Virus record (IMG/VR): IMGVR_UViG_3300045988_137874
Span: 1 to 49,655 of that record
Reading direction: 5' to 3' (one strand)
Length of the DNA stretch: 49,655 bases
Origin: a virus
Part shown: piece after piece, positions 1 to 12,700 of the stretch
Position numbering within the stretch: position 1 is the first letter of the stretch
How the letters are laid out: every line of letters starts with the position of its first letter
Notes under the pieces: model-generated
The model's input: the letters and a program-made list of their open reading frames with translations, nothing else
Database searches by the model: none
What the model was told of the DNA's origin: nothing
Program-made: the position numbers and the translations under genes

Positions 1-1059
1 CCAGGACTCCCAGGACCAATAGGACCTAAAGGAGACAGGGGGGAACAGGGACCTGTAGGAGCTCCTGGACCTAAGGGCGATAAAGGTGAACAAGGACCTG
101 TGGGACCACAGGGACCTATGGGACCGGCAGGTACGGGTGCATCCGACGGTGTTAAATTCTGGGGTGTGTTCTCTGCTTTTGAAGAGCTTTATGCAGAAGA
201 CGTTGTATCGAAAGCAAAGACAGGTGACCTAGCTCTTTTAAACGACCGAGGCATAGATAATAATTCTGACCCAAACCTAACCTACTTTATGTTTAAAGAC
301 AAACAGTGGTGCCATTACAGTAATGAGCGTACAATTAATATGCTATCCCAAGTGAACGGGTCAGTTGCTACGCAAGAATATGTACAGCAGTATGTTACGT
401 ATCAGATTGGTGCAGAAGCTGTTATGTTTTTAGGTGTACTCCCTAATTACAATGCACTTATTACTAATGAGGAGTTCAAGGCTAAAGCAAAGCCAGGGGA
501 TATAGCCTTTGTTAAGGTGAACGGTACAACTCCTGAAACTAAAGATGATTTAGAATACTTTGTATATACAGGTGAACACTGGAATATGTATGGTAGTAGT
601 GCTGCAACTAGAAGAACATCAGCACTTAACGGTGATGTTGTTACATCAGATATGCTAGAAGCGTATATAGAAGCTCTTAATGGCACTATTGCTAACATGA
701 GCAATATGCTGGAAACGTATAGAACAGAGGTAAACACTCGTATGGCTCAGTTAAGTCCTGCTGCTTTTTATCAGAGCAAAGAGCTTATTAAAGATATTAC
801 TCTTAAAGAGAACACGCCTTATATACAGACCGTTGAGGTTCCTATAGATAATATTAAAAGTATTACAGGTGCACTCTCCGTAGCTGGAAGCCAGATACTA
901 TTACCTATGACAGCTAATAACGCTGTAAATGGTAATCTTTCTTTAGAAAGTAATTCAGGAGGGCATACTCTAGTATCCTTCATTACAACCAGTATTATGG
1001 ATATTCTTAAGAACCAACCAGCTACACTTAAATTAACAGTAACGTATACAGCGGACTAG
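1..1059 (+). CDS. collagen-like tail fibre protein, C-terminal part (continues from 49256..49600 across the circular junction)
   Basis: The frame is open from nt 1. Nt 1-130 encode uninterrupted Gly-X-Y triplets ([46 protein letters not shown]) in phase with the ORF starting at 49256. A duplicated globular module follows, with the stop at 1057-1059. Confidence 0.8.
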   Translation, partial: PGLPGPIGPKGDRGEQGPVGAPGPKGDKGEQGPVGPQGPMGPAGTGASDGVKFWGVFSAFEELYAEDVVSKAKTGDLALLNDRGIDNNSDPNLTYFMFKDKQWCHYSNERTINMLSQVNGSVATQEYVQQYVTYQIGAEAVMFLGVLPNYNALITNEEFKAKAKPGDIAFVKVNGTTPETKDDLEYFVYTGEHWNMYGSSAATRRTSALNGDVVTSDMLEAYIEALNGTIANMSNMLETYRTEVNTRMAQLSPAAFYQSKELIKDITLKENTPYIQTVEVPIDNIKSITGALSVAGSQILLPMTANNAVNGNLSLESNSGGHTLVSFITTSIMDILKNQPATLKLTVTYTAD

Positions 1060-1072
1060 AAAGGAGATAATT

Positions 1073-1402
1073 ATGAGAATTAATTGGAAAGTTAGGTTTA
1101 GGAATAGAGCGTGGCTTATATGCTTTATCCCACAGGTGTTGTCGTTTATATACACAATACTAGCTACCTTTGGGATTATTCCTAGAGTACCACAGGATGC
1201 AATCATGCATCTTATAACAATGCTGTTAGATATACTAGCAATTATAGGTATCATTACAGACCCTACAACTGCAGGTACTAATGATAGCAAACTAGCAATG
1301 TCATATAACAAGCCTAGTGCAGGACTCCCTACACTAGAGGCACAGTTCGCAGAACCACTTCCTGAAGAAGAAATTAATATAGGAGAGAAGATGAATGGGT
1401 AG
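1073..1402 (+). CDS. holin (phiLC3/LL-H-like, two TM segments)
   Basis: 109 aa with N-terminus MRINWKVRFRNRAWL, two hydrophobic helices, a DPTT-G-NDS motif and a charged C-terminus. The AGGAGA RBS is at 1061-1066. It sits immediately upstream of, and overlaps, the endolysin gene. Confidence 0.75.
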   Translation: MRINWKVRFRNRAWLICFIPQVLSFIYTILATFGIIPRVPQDAIMHLITMLLDILAIIGIITDPTTAGTNDSKLAMSYNKPSAGLPTLEAQFAEPLPEEEINIGEKMNG

Positions 1403-2432
1403 CATGTGGTATAATCAATACGACCCTAGGTGGTCACGTAAAGCATATGCTGGTAGGACTATGGCTATATCAGGCTGTGGTCCTACGGCTATAGCCAATA
1501 TAGTTAGTGCCAAGCACACAGACGTCACACCAGTACACGTAGCAGATTGGCTTACATCACATGGGTATGCGTCTAACGGTAATGGAACCTACTGGTCTGG
1601 AATTAAAGCAGCACTAGATGCTTATGGCTGTCCAGCAACACAGCACTCGTCTATGCAGCCTTTCTTTAATGAAATGGCTAAAGGAAATAGATGGGGTGTT
1701 ATTCTATTCCGAGCAGGAACTAGAGGTGGCATCACGTGGACTATGGGCGGACATTTCGTAGCAGTAGTTAAGGGCTACAAGTACGAGAACGGAAGACACT
1801 ATTTATATATTTCAGACTCAGGCGGTAGAGGTCATGATGGTTGGTATACATATGAAGACCACATGCAGGGACTTATTCCTACGCTTTGGTCGTGTGTAGT
1901 AGATGCTAATGACTCTACTCTAGTATCACCTCCTGCTAGTAACCCAGCACCTCCTGCTGCTCAATCCGTTGGTAGTGTAGTTTACAAAGTAAACTCTCCA
2001 ATAGGATTAAACGTTAGAGGCGGAGCAGGAACAAGCTACGCTAGAGTAGGCGGTCTTGCAAACGGAACAACAGTTACTATCACACAGGTTGCAGGTAACT
2101 GGGGTTACGCACCTAAAGCAGGTGGTTGGATCTGTATGGACTACCTAACTAAAGTAGGTGGAGCTACATCTGTTCCGGGAACAAATGTAGTTGCAGGAGG
2201 CACGTATACACTAACTGCAGACATGAGAGTGCGTACAGGTCCAGGAACGAACTATAGCGTTAAGAAGCGTGCAGAATTAACACCTGACGGTAGGAAGCAC
2301 AGTGCTGTAGGACTCTATGCTCTGCTACGTGCGGGCACTAGAATCACTATTCTAGAAGTACGAGGTAACTGGGCTAGAATACCATCAGGCTGGGTGTGTA
2401 TCTGGCAGGGTAATACAAGATTTATGAGGTAA
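1395..2432 (+). CDS. endolysin: N-terminal C39-like/papain-fold cysteine peptidase plus two C-terminal SH3b-like wall-binding repeats
   Basis: Catalytic-type motifs SGCGPTA (Cys) and GGHFVAV (His). A Pro-rich linker is followed by two repeats of the SH3b pattern (LNVRGGAGTSY..GNWGY..GWICMDYL and MRVRTGPGTNY..GNWARIPSGWVCIW). Its start overlaps the holin stop by 8 nt. Confidence 0.85.
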   Translation: MGSMWYNQYDPRWSRKAYAGRTMAISGCGPTAIANIVSAKHTDVTPVHVADWLTSHGYASNGNGTYWSGIKAALDAYGCPATQHSSMQPFFNEMAKGNRWGVILFRAGTRGGITWTMGGHFVAVVKGYKYENGRHYLYISDSGGRGHDGWYTYEDHMQGLIPTLWSCVVDANDSTLVSPPASNPAPPAAQSVGSVVYKVNSPIGLNVRGGAGTSYARVGGLANGTTVTITQVAGNWGYAPKAGGWICMDYLTKVGGATSVPGTNVVAGGTYTLTADMRVRTGPGTNYSVKKRAELTPDGRKHSAVGLYALLRAGTRITILEVRGNWARIPSGWVCIWQGNTRFMR

Positions 2433-2436
2433 TATA

Positions 2437-2526
2437 ATGAACGCTTTATTAGACGGAATCACTTTTATAATGCTAAACGCACAAGTGGGTATTGAAGTTG
2501 GTGTGTTTGGTTGGTCCTATTTTTAA
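2437..2526 (+). CDS. possible small hydrophobic peptide (29 aa, MNALLDGITFIMLNAQVGIEVGVFGWSYF)
   Basis: An ATG lies 7 nt after a GAGG motif, directly after the endolysin stop, and the sequence fits a single TM-like segment. It is too short for the ORF track and has no other support. Confidence 0.3.
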   Translation: MNALLDGITFIMLNAQVGIEVGVFGWSYF

Positions 2527-2539
2527 AGGAGTTTAAATA

Positions 2540-2851
2540 ATGCACCATGTCATATCACAAGTAATCACCTTCACTGTAGGAGGGCTGTGCACCTTTATAG
2601 TCACATATGCGATAATGTTTAGTGCACTTAAAAAAGGTGTATTAGCCCTACTACGCTATAGGTTGTTTGTTGAGTGCGAACGTATTATAAATCAGTCGTA
2701 CATCACAAGTGAGGAGCTTACTGATTTAGATAGTTTGCATGAAGCATACAAAGGGTTAAAGGGCAATGGTACAGGAGATGCCTTGTACAAACTAGCCACA
2801 GCACAACCCCTTAAAGTTATTGCTAACAGTATAAGAAAGGAGGTTAAGTAG
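2540..2851 (+). CDS. membrane-anchored protein of unknown function (lysis-cassette associated)
   Basis: 103 aa with an N-terminal TM helix (VISQVITFTVGGLCTFIVTYAIMFSAL) and an AAGGAG RBS at 2526-2531. It is co-oriented with holin and endolysin. Confidence 0.5.
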   Translation: MHHVISQVITFTVGGLCTFIVTYAIMFSALKKGVLALLRYRLFVECERIINQSYITSEELTDLDSLHEAYKGLKGNGTGDALYKLATAQPLKVIANSIRKEVK

Positions 2852-3702
2852 TGGCTACAAGTAATACTACACAAACACAGGTACAGTCTCCACAGACCAA
2901 CGAGAATACAAGCTCTGCAACTTCTAATATAACCCCAGAGTTTATACAACAGCTTGCAGATTTAGTAGCTCGTTCCACAGCACAAGGTAGGTTTGAATCT
3001 GGACGCTCTGAAGCTACGTATGATCCAGAGCAAGTAAGAGCAACCAACAGAGCTTTGCTAGAAGACGTTAATAGTTTGTTTAAAACAGGCTCGTTTAGTA
3101 ATCGAGATTATGGTATACTCACAGATAGAGATACAATATTGAATAACCTAAACGCAGCAACTAATGCAGCCTATGATACCCAGCGTATGGAAGGACAGGC
3201 AAACCTATTAGCTCAAGCTAATCTGGAAGCACAAAATAGAGACAGAGCTATCCAGAACGCTAGAGCAAACCTACAGACGTCTGCTTTATCTGGTGCTAAT
3301 GCCGGACAGATTAATGCAAGTATACTTACTAATCTGTTAACACAGCAACAGCAAGGCGTAGGAGAGCAAACCTCTGCATTACAGCAGTTGCAGGCTCTTG
3401 CTGAAAAGCGTAGACAGACACTCTCTGAAAATGAGAATACAGCTACGACGACAGCTAACCAAGCAGCAGGCACATTAGGCTCACTACTCAACGAGGAGAA
3501 AAATGCTAGAGTTGCAGCAGCAGGTTCAGCACTGTACAGTATGGGTGGACAGGCTGGTAGTTTTGCAGGAGCAACTAAAGCTAGAGAGTGGGGCAATACA
3601 GCTAATAATGGTATTAGCACAACATCTCCTTATAGCACCAAGAACACCACTAAAAATGGTGAACTGAAAACAACTACCAATACGTCAGGCTCCACCTCGT
3701 AG
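2851..3702 (+). CDS. Q/N/T/A-rich low-complexity protein (possible internal virion/ejection protein)
   Basis: 283-aa ORF with a GTG start overlapping the upstream stop by 1 nt and AGGAGG 9 nt upstream. Composition is biased and coiled-coil-like. Function is not recognisable. Confidence 0.5.
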   Translation: MATSNTTQTQVQSPQTNENTSSATSNITPEFIQQLADLVARSTAQGRFESGRSEATYDPEQVRATNRALLEDVNSLFKTGSFSNRDYGILTDRDTILNNLNAATNAAYDTQRMEGQANLLAQANLEAQNRDRAIQNARANLQTSALSGANAGQINASILTNLLTQQQQGVGEQTSALQQLQALAEKRRQTLSENENTATTTANQAAGTLGSLLNEEKNARVAAAGSALYSMGGQAGSFAGATKAREWGNTANNGISTTSPYSTKNTTKNGELKTTTNTSGSTS

Positions 3703-3711
3703 GAGAGTCGT

Positions 3712-6700
3712 ATGAAGTTTTTAGAAGATTTTAATATCAAGAAATACGTGAAACCAAAAAAGAAGACCTCTAAACCACAGGGGTCTTCTTCTATTACTTA
3801 TACAAAACCTTTACCTAAAGGACCTATCCCAGTAAAGAAAGTAGTTCCAGATAAGATACCTACAAAACCTTTACCTACTACAAGCTCTAACAAAAGTTCT
3901 ATTGTAACAAAACCATTTTTTAATATTCCTATCCAGCCAGCACTACCTAGCCCAACAGCAATTAAGGCAAGACACAATGAGTTTGTAAAAGCTAACGCTA
4001 GAGCTAATAGAGCAATAAGTGATTTTAAATCTAATAACGTAATTGCTAATGCTACCTCTGGAATATTTAAAGGTGTAGAGTTTAATAAAAGAGTAGCACC
4101 TTTTATAGACACACGCCCTCAAGCAGTTAGAGATTTTAAAGTAAAGAACTATGCTTTCAGGAAGAATCCTATATTCAAATGGTACGAAAAGAAAGTACCC
4201 AACGTAGGAGAGCGTAGGTCTGGTACAGGAGCGTTTAGTAATAACAGTTATGTCAGAAACTTTACTACAGGACTATTTAAAGTATTAAGTTCTGATGCTG
4301 ACCCTAGAGGTATGCTCTCTGATCCTACTAGACGTAAGATACATGAAATGCAGAGAGCTAATCAAGCTAAAGCTCTACGTGCGTTTACTAAAGGTACTGG
4401 TGATTTAATAGCGGATACTATTATACGTCCATTCTATCAGAACGCATGGCAACAGGCAGAGCTTAAAGACAGGCTTAAACTACGTGAGCGTAAAATGAAT
4501 GAGCTCTATGGTTTAAATAGAAAGCAGCAAACATACTATGTAGAGGATGATAAGGGACGTGTATATGCTATTAAAGGTAGTAAAAATGGCGGTGACACTT
4601 ATAGTTATATTGATAGCAACGGAAAAGCGTTAAGTTTAGATATAACTGCACTGCCTAAAGATAGGGTAAACACATATAAGAGTATAGGGCTTATTCCTAG
4701 AGATAAAGTATTTCGTGTTAAAGATGGAGACCAGTTCCTCTCACAGCTACTAGACCCTAACTATAATTCAGGACTTCTTGCTAGAGACAGCAAGGGGCTC
4801 CCTTATATTTCTAATAAAGGGCTTAAACAGTATCTGGAGAATAACGGAGTAAGAAGTAATAGCACGTCTCTATTTGAAGCTATAAGCCCAAAACGTAGAG
4901 CAGATGATTTAATGATGCAGAGATATCTAGTTAAGTCTGCTGATGATTATGTTCAGAATAAATACTTTGGCGGTTATCCTCAAATGAGTACACGCTCTAT
5001 AGGAGCTAATCTTGCTATTAACTTTTTAGGACTAGGATTAAATATTATTAACAGACCGCAGCAAGGTGTGTCTGCTTATATCTTAGGTAAGAAAGAAGGA
5101 AAGACTGCGTCACAGATACGTAAAGATATGTATGCTGGATTTGTTGAGGGTAAGGATACATCCTTTACAGAATACTATCTTACTAAAAAAGATAAGCATC
5201 CTTACTTAAAAGGATTACTCTTTGATAGTATTTCAGACCCACTACTCTTTACTGACTTTATAGCTAAAGGTGGTGCAGGTGTAGCTAAAGGTATAACAAA
5301 GGCTTCTGTTAAATCCGAAATAACAGAGCGTAGTTTGCGTGAGGTTACAAGTAAGTATCTAGGAGGTGCTAGACTTCTTAATAAAAATGAAGGATTAACA
5401 TTTAAAGAAAGTCTACACAGTGTATTTGAAACACACAAACTAGGTACAGTTCATCAAACTAGAGGCGTTTATTCCAGAACCCTAGGTAGACTTAAAGGTG
5501 TGCAGATGACAGCTGATGCTTTAGATAATACTCTACCTAAAGCTCTACTGCCTAACCGTACTAAACGTCAGCTTATCAATACAATGGTTACTAATCCTAA
5601 ACAGGTAAATAAAAACTGGATTGCTAATGTACTACATGAAGCTGGATTTAGAAATAACCTTAAAGAAGATTTAGCAGATGCAATCTATGATAGCTACAGA
5701 ACTAGCAGACTTGTGACTAACACAGCTAGAGCTAATAAGATTGCAGACTCTACATCAGGAGCTTATAAGGTTTATAAGAAGTTTAAAGCCTTTGGAGAAG
5801 AAATAGACAGAGTAGATACTGCACTCACTAAAGCAGCGTTCCCAGTATTTACTGGAACTGTAAAAGGAACTAAAAAAGTAGTAAGAGCTATCAAGGCTTC
5901 TGAATTAAAGTCTTTTGTAGAAAAAGCAAAAGCACTTAAACAGATGCCTCTTTCTGATGTGTTTAAAAGTGATGAGCTTTTAGACCTAACTAAACGTAGA
6001 GCTGTTAAACAGGTAGATAAAGCAGTAGAGCCTTTAGCCAAAAACCACAAACTCTCTATGGAGCTACTTAATGAAGAAGCTGAAAAAGTTGTAGCAGCTA
6101 AAAGATATGGACAGTTTGGTAACACAGATAGTCTAGCTGACCTTATTACTGCTAGAGACAGTCAGCTCATAGATACTTTAGACAATATTCAGACCGCTGT
6201 TTCATCTAAAGAAAATGGTTATGGAACAGCTATGCGTATTATTAAAGATACTTATGATGACGCAGCAGATGTAACTTCTGTACATGAGTTTCTAGATAAC
6301 GCTCTACAATCTAATGATAACTTCCGTGAAGGACTTGTTTACGTAACTGACGACTCAGAGCGTAAAACTTTAAGTACACTCCTTAACGCTAGAGAAAATC
6401 AGATATATAAAACACAGCGTGTTTTAGATAATACTGAGGCTACAAAGCGTTTAAAGGATTTAGCACAGTTTACTAACATAGCTAAACAACAGGTACGCTC
6501 TGTAGAAAATTACACTGCTCTTGAAAAATATTTAGTTGAGAGCATAGAGCAAGCACACAACGCTACACATTATGTAGATACACATTTACAGGAGCTTGTT
6601 ACAAAACGTATAGATGAGGTTAAGGAACTACTACGTAGTGATGCTACAACTAAAGAGTTTAACCACACTATTAACCAGATTATAGGAGATGTTAAATCAA

Positions 6701-9700
6701 CCGCTAGTCAGCTCAAGACTCTAAAGAAAGAGTCTAAAGCTGTATCTATTAGTTCGTTCTTTTCTAAATTCAATAAAGTAAAAGAAGAGCTTGGAGCAAA
6801 GTCAGTTAAAGGTACGTTCTATAAAGATAATACTATAGAGCGGGTACTTAAAGATAAAGCTACAGCAAATGCATTTACTACTTTAACAGATATTTCTGAT
6901 GAGTATATAAGCGTTGTGTCTGGTTTAAAACAGTATTTACCTGAGTATCTGCATAGCGCTTTAGAAAGTGTTACGGATGTTAATGTAGATGATTTAGCAT
7001 TACAAACTGCAAAACGTAAAGCATTTCGCAGAGGAGAAGATATAGAAAAAGCAGTAAGCAGTGATATCAAATATATAGGACTCTCTGATTTCCCTAATGG
7101 AATTACAGACCTCATGCAGACTCTAGAAACGCAAGACTTTAAAAAGTTAAGCATACTATTAAACCTAGACGCCAATAGTAATATGGTTACTTTTGTAAAG
7201 CACCTAGATAGTTATATTGAGGAAAGCGTTTCTGAAGCTATAGATACACTACGCCTTATAGATTCTAAAACAGGGGCACCTCTAGCTAATTATCTAGCTG
7301 ACGTAGAGAGCACGCTGATTAAAACTAGAAATGCTGCAAAGTATGAGGACATTACTCTAGACCAGTTCACAACAGTAAGAGCTATTAAAGCTAATGCAGC
7401 ACAACTAGAAGCTACAGCACAAGACATCTATAAACAGAATAAGCATTTATTTAAAACGGGAGATTACTATTTAGAAAGAGTAGACCGCCTAATTAAATCT
7501 GAAATGCTTGATAATATTATAGAGTCTTACAGATTAGCTGATGATTATAAAACTGCCACAACTGTAGAGCAGTTAGCAACTTTTGCTGATGATATAGCTA
7601 AAAAGAAAAAAGCTAATGCACTGCTATCATCTTCATTAGAAGAAGCAGAATCTGCATTATCTCCAGAGCTATATAACATTTATCGTGATGCTTTATTTGA
7701 TGCACGTGATTTAGGACATAGTGCTATGGAGCACCCAGAATTTCTGGCTCCTGATTTTGTAGATCACGTTATAGAACAGCACTACTATCAGTATGCAAAA
7801 GCTAACTACAACATAGATAAAACCATAGGTGACTTGTACTCATTTAGTAAATCAGACCTGTCTAAAAAATATGATATAGACAAAGAGATACTAGATAGAT
7901 TATCTATAGGACATACTGCTGGTATAGACACGTACCGTTCTATCTTAACTAATATAGTACATGACCCTGAAAGTTTTGGTGATTTAATTGAACGTGCTAA
8001 AGCAGGCAGAGATGTATTTATATTTGATACAGAAACACTAGGTCTTAATACTAAACGAAATACTAACCATGTGTTCAGTATGGGTTTGTATAAATTAGAC
8101 CCAGAGCGTTGCAGTTTACTTAAATATGATAAGGAGCTAGAAAGATACACTAGCGAGAGTATCAATGAGTTTATGCGTGCTTTACTAAAAGATGCTGATT
8201 CTGGCAATGGATATAAAGAAATCTTAAATAAGATTCCTAATTACTTGATTGATAATGGGTGGCATCCGGATACGTCTTTCATGGATATTGCTACATTTAA
8301 AAAGATGTATGGTCATGAAGGCTATAGAATAGAAAATGATGTATTCGCTAATAACATTGTAAATACTATGCAGGAGATGCAGGGTACTCCCACATTAGAT
8401 TTACACAATGTTGTATTGTGCGGATTTAACAACCATGGATTTGATAATGTAGTTCTAGCTAATAACTGCCCAGAGATTGCAGCACTATTCAGAGATGTAC
8501 CGCAGAATATAGATATGCTAGTTAACATCAAAGCTAAACACGGTTTAATTATCTCGGATAAAGATAAGAATATAATAGGCAATCTATACAATAGTCTTTT
8601 ATCTGCACTGCATGATACAGATATAGAGAAGTTTAAGTATGCTTATCCAAGTAGACTTATAGATAGCTATGATAGATTTTATAGCACACTTCAGCGTTTA
8701 GGACACAGTGCTACAAGTCTTGACGTTGCTGTTGCACATGGAACAGATGGTACTCAGTATGCCTCTGCTTTAGATACTCTATTTAAAAACACGCCAGAGA
8801 GTATAGACCTTAATCTAGTTGCTAGTGAACTCCGAGAACAGAAGTTCCTACTGAAGTCTATTAACCATCTTAAAGATGATTCTCTAATTGTAGATCACGT
8901 CTTTAATCTGATTCCTAGTAACGAGCGTGCTTGGGAAACAGGTTATCTAGTTATGAAACTAGAGAATCCTAAACTAACTAGAGCAGAGTACGAAGCACTG
9001 TATAAATCTGGGGAACTTGCTAAATACGAAACTACAATTTCTAATTGGTTCCATATCCTAGACAGTAGCCCGGAGATTGATGTGCTTAAATTAACTCCAG
9101 AAGAGTTTATAGCTAAAGCAGATGAGCTTCGTGCAGCAGCAGATGTTATGACTGGTGGACAAACAAGTAACATCATCAGATGGATTAATGGTGTAGCTGA
9201 TGGAGGTTACTCCTATTTCCAAACACTAGCTGTACAGAATAAAGTAAATAAGAACATGCTAGACTGGTTTGGACATGTGATGAATAACTATCACGCTATA
9301 GAGACATACAGACAGCTTACTGCTAATATTCAAAATAATCTCAGACACAACGCTGATGATATATTTGATATAGACAACAGAATGTTACTAACAGGCATAG
9401 CATGGCGTGAGCTTAAAGATTATTGTATTGCACGTCCAGAACTCGCTAGTGCACTCTATATTTTTAATATAGATTTTGATGCACGCACAGTGAGTGAAAA
9501 GTTTGCAATTCTTGAAGAATTAATTATGGGTAAAAAGTACGGTATGCGTGAGACACTGTTTGGTACTTCTGACAGTGCAGTAAGGTTACTTCCGTCTGCA
9601 TACTTTGATTTTTCAGAACACACTGTAGACGTAATAAACTACATATTTAATACACGTAAACATAATAATTATTATCTCTTTGATAAAGAGATAGGTTTCT

Positions 9701-12700
9701 TTACTAGAAATGCAAAGGGAGCTGCGTATGAGATAGCTAGTGAATTAGAACGTGTTAAGTATGATACAGATGCTTTTGAGGAGTTTGCAGAAAGACTCTC
9801 TGGAATAACTGGAGGTGCTTCTGTAGAAAAACACACTATGGCTGTAGCACTACAACCTATTAATAATTTACGTAAGCAAATAGTAAGAATACTTAATAGT
9901 ACGGATGCAAAAAACACAATCACAAACCTTTACTATGATTTACAGCAAATAAAAAATGTTTGGGACGAAGTACATCACACTAGGGTTAAAGCTCTTGTAT
10001 CCGATATGCTTCAGAATGAAGACGCTATCTTAGAGCATCTAATCACGCCTGACTTTAACGGTATGATGTTCCTGCGTTTCTCTCCTGATGATGATAACAT
10101 CAAGCTAGTAGACCAGCTATTATCAGGAACACACCCTAACAGCAAATACCTACAAGTGCGTTATTTAGAAAAAGATGAGGTTGTCGCTGTAACTCTAAAT
10201 AATTTGTGTGACCTAGATGATAAAGCACTACATCTACTCGACACAGGAAAAACCATACAGCGAAATAACATAATAGGAAGGAGTATGCCTACTGAATTAC
10301 TTAATACATTTAAAAAGCAAATAGATAAGCTAGATACTCTAGCACCTGATTCTGTATTAAGACTTTACTATGAGTCATTACAGAATCTAGCAGCATATAG
10401 CAAACACAACTTTAGAGATTACACGCACGGGTTACTCAATGTAGAAAAGATAGACCAGTTACGTGAAGTCTTTGATGTAGTTAATATGATGGATTTAGAT
10501 AAGTTTGGTATGCAGACTATAGATGGATTCGTAAGTGCAGGTTCTTACTTAACACTAGAACCACCTAAGGCAGTTAATGGTGTTAAGTTCTATAACAATC
10601 CATTACTCACAGCCGAGACATTATTAAAACGTAATGCAGAGCAAGCTCTTGATAGTCACACTACTGTTGCTTACTTCTTACGTAATGAAGATCTTAACTC
10701 TTTAAATAAATTTGATTTATCTGATAAAGAGTGGTTTAGAGTATTAGACCAGCTAGAGGATTCCTTTGTTGTTTGTGCTATGGGTACAGACAACAAGAAT
10801 AAAAAGTATTTAAGTAAGTTAGAGTCACAAATTAAAGAAGCTAAAAAGGCTGATGACGTTAAGACACTAGAGAAGTTAGGTGAAGAGTATAGAGCTTATA
10901 ATCCAGTACAGCTTAAATCCTTTGAAATAAAATCTTCGAGGGATTTACAAAGAGCTAAAGAAGCTAATGCAGTTCTAGTCCCTAGAGTTGTGTATGAAAC
11001 ACTCTACGGACACGTGAATAACTTTACACCAACCAATCCTATACTGCGTGGTTACAACAGATATGTAACTATGATGAAAGCGTTTTATATCTCTACGCTA
11101 GGTACAGCCATGCGTAACTACATAGACGAAACCATCAAGACCTATATAGATGTAGGTTGGGAAGGTGTACCTATTGTGCATAGAGCTAGATTTCAGGCTA
11201 TGGCGGACCTATCTGATTATAATCAGATTATGGATGCTATTAAGAAAGACCTCAATACAGGACAACTTATTAAGGGTAAACTTAATTCAGCACAAGCTAG
11301 AGCACACCAGAGCCTAATACAAAAAGGTTTTGCAGATACACCATATTATTTTAATATCCCTGTATCTGATGCACAGAAGTATTATGGTTATTTAGCTGAA
11401 GCTGGAATACTACCTAAACACCTCACTGAACGTATGGATGCAAGTAACTTCTTACGTATGCACGCATTTATGCTAGAGGGTGCATCTGGTGGTACTCAGG
11501 CTGGAGAAATACAAGCACGTGCATTAGCACACTCTATCCCTGAACTAGAGGGTGTTGCTGCTAGAAACAAAGGTGTGTTTGGAACTCTAGGTGCTTTTCT
11601 GAAAATGCCTGATAAAGATTTAGACTCCTATGTATCCATGGGTAACTATCTCTTTAGTAAAGGTGTTTCAGCAGCACTAACTCCAATGGCTTATACAGAG
11701 CAGATTACAAGACTTACACATATGTACACTCTTGAGGAGCTAGGGATAGGTAAAATAGAAGCGTTCTCCAGAATATCTAAAACACATTTCAATTATGATG
11801 TTAAAGATAGAGCAGCAGTTTATGCACAGCTTCTGTTCCCATTCTTTAACTTTACTAAACTAAATATAGACTACTGGATGAACGCATGGACTAAAGACGC
11901 ACACTCTATTCATAACCTACTCAGGCTAAACCAGCAGAACCTTAAAGAGGCTCTGGATGATAACTATGAGCGTACAAGAAATGGACAGTGGGTTGATATG
12001 TCTTATCTTAATCATGCTATGGCAGGTAACCCTAGGATACCTAACCCAGCACAGAATGAGGGACAGGCTGCGTGGTTAAAGTTAAATCCATCATTCTATG
12101 ATGCGTATAACTTCCTACTCGATCCTATGAATCAAGGTATGCAGGATATATTCAGTCCAATTCAGAATGTACTCCAGGATAGACACTTCTTTGATGGTGC
12201 TATTAAAGCAGGTATCTTTAACCAAGGTTATGGTGGAAATGGCTTAATGGATTTCTTACCGCTGATAGGTTCTACTATATTACCAATGCATGAGAATAAA
12301 CTCAGGTATATAGATAAAACCTTTACAGAGTATAGAAACGATACTTTCGCCCAGCTATTAAAATCACCCGGCTCATTTGCACAGCTTCCTACAATCCTTG
12401 CTTTTTCAAAGATAGACTTTGGAGAGGATTATGAGAAGTTTAATAAGTTCTTAAATGCTAATGGTTATGCTTACGATTTCTACACTCGTCAGATAAAACC
12501 AATTAAGGACTGTGTGGCTAGAGATAGTAAAGAGTTATCTATGTATATGTACAAAAAGTATGGGTTAGTATATGACTTCATTACTAAAACATTTGTACCA
12601 GCGTATCTATCCAAGGACCCTGTGACTCGAAATGTAAGTTTTAAAACACCGCATAGTCAAGCACAGTGGTCTGATATACAAGCACTTGCTAAACTCTATC

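Noticed and set aside
7954-7980. IVHDPESFG in the giant protein as the T7-like RNA polymerase motif C (HDSFG)
   Set aside because: No motif A, no motif B (Rx3Kx7YG) and no T/DxxGR lies in the expected order upstream. The segment lies in a helical low-complexity region immediately before the exonuclease motifs, so it is probably a chance match.
3798-9923. Multiple 77-135-aa minus-strand ORFs inside the giant gene (for example 3798..4112, 5772..6125, 6819..7175, 7806..8207)
   Set aside because: All are antisense shadows of a continuous 10-kb ORF. They have Leu/Ser-rich translations and no RBS. The same reasoning applies to antisense ORFs inside the polymerase, primase, SNF2, RT, portal, scaffold and fibre genes.
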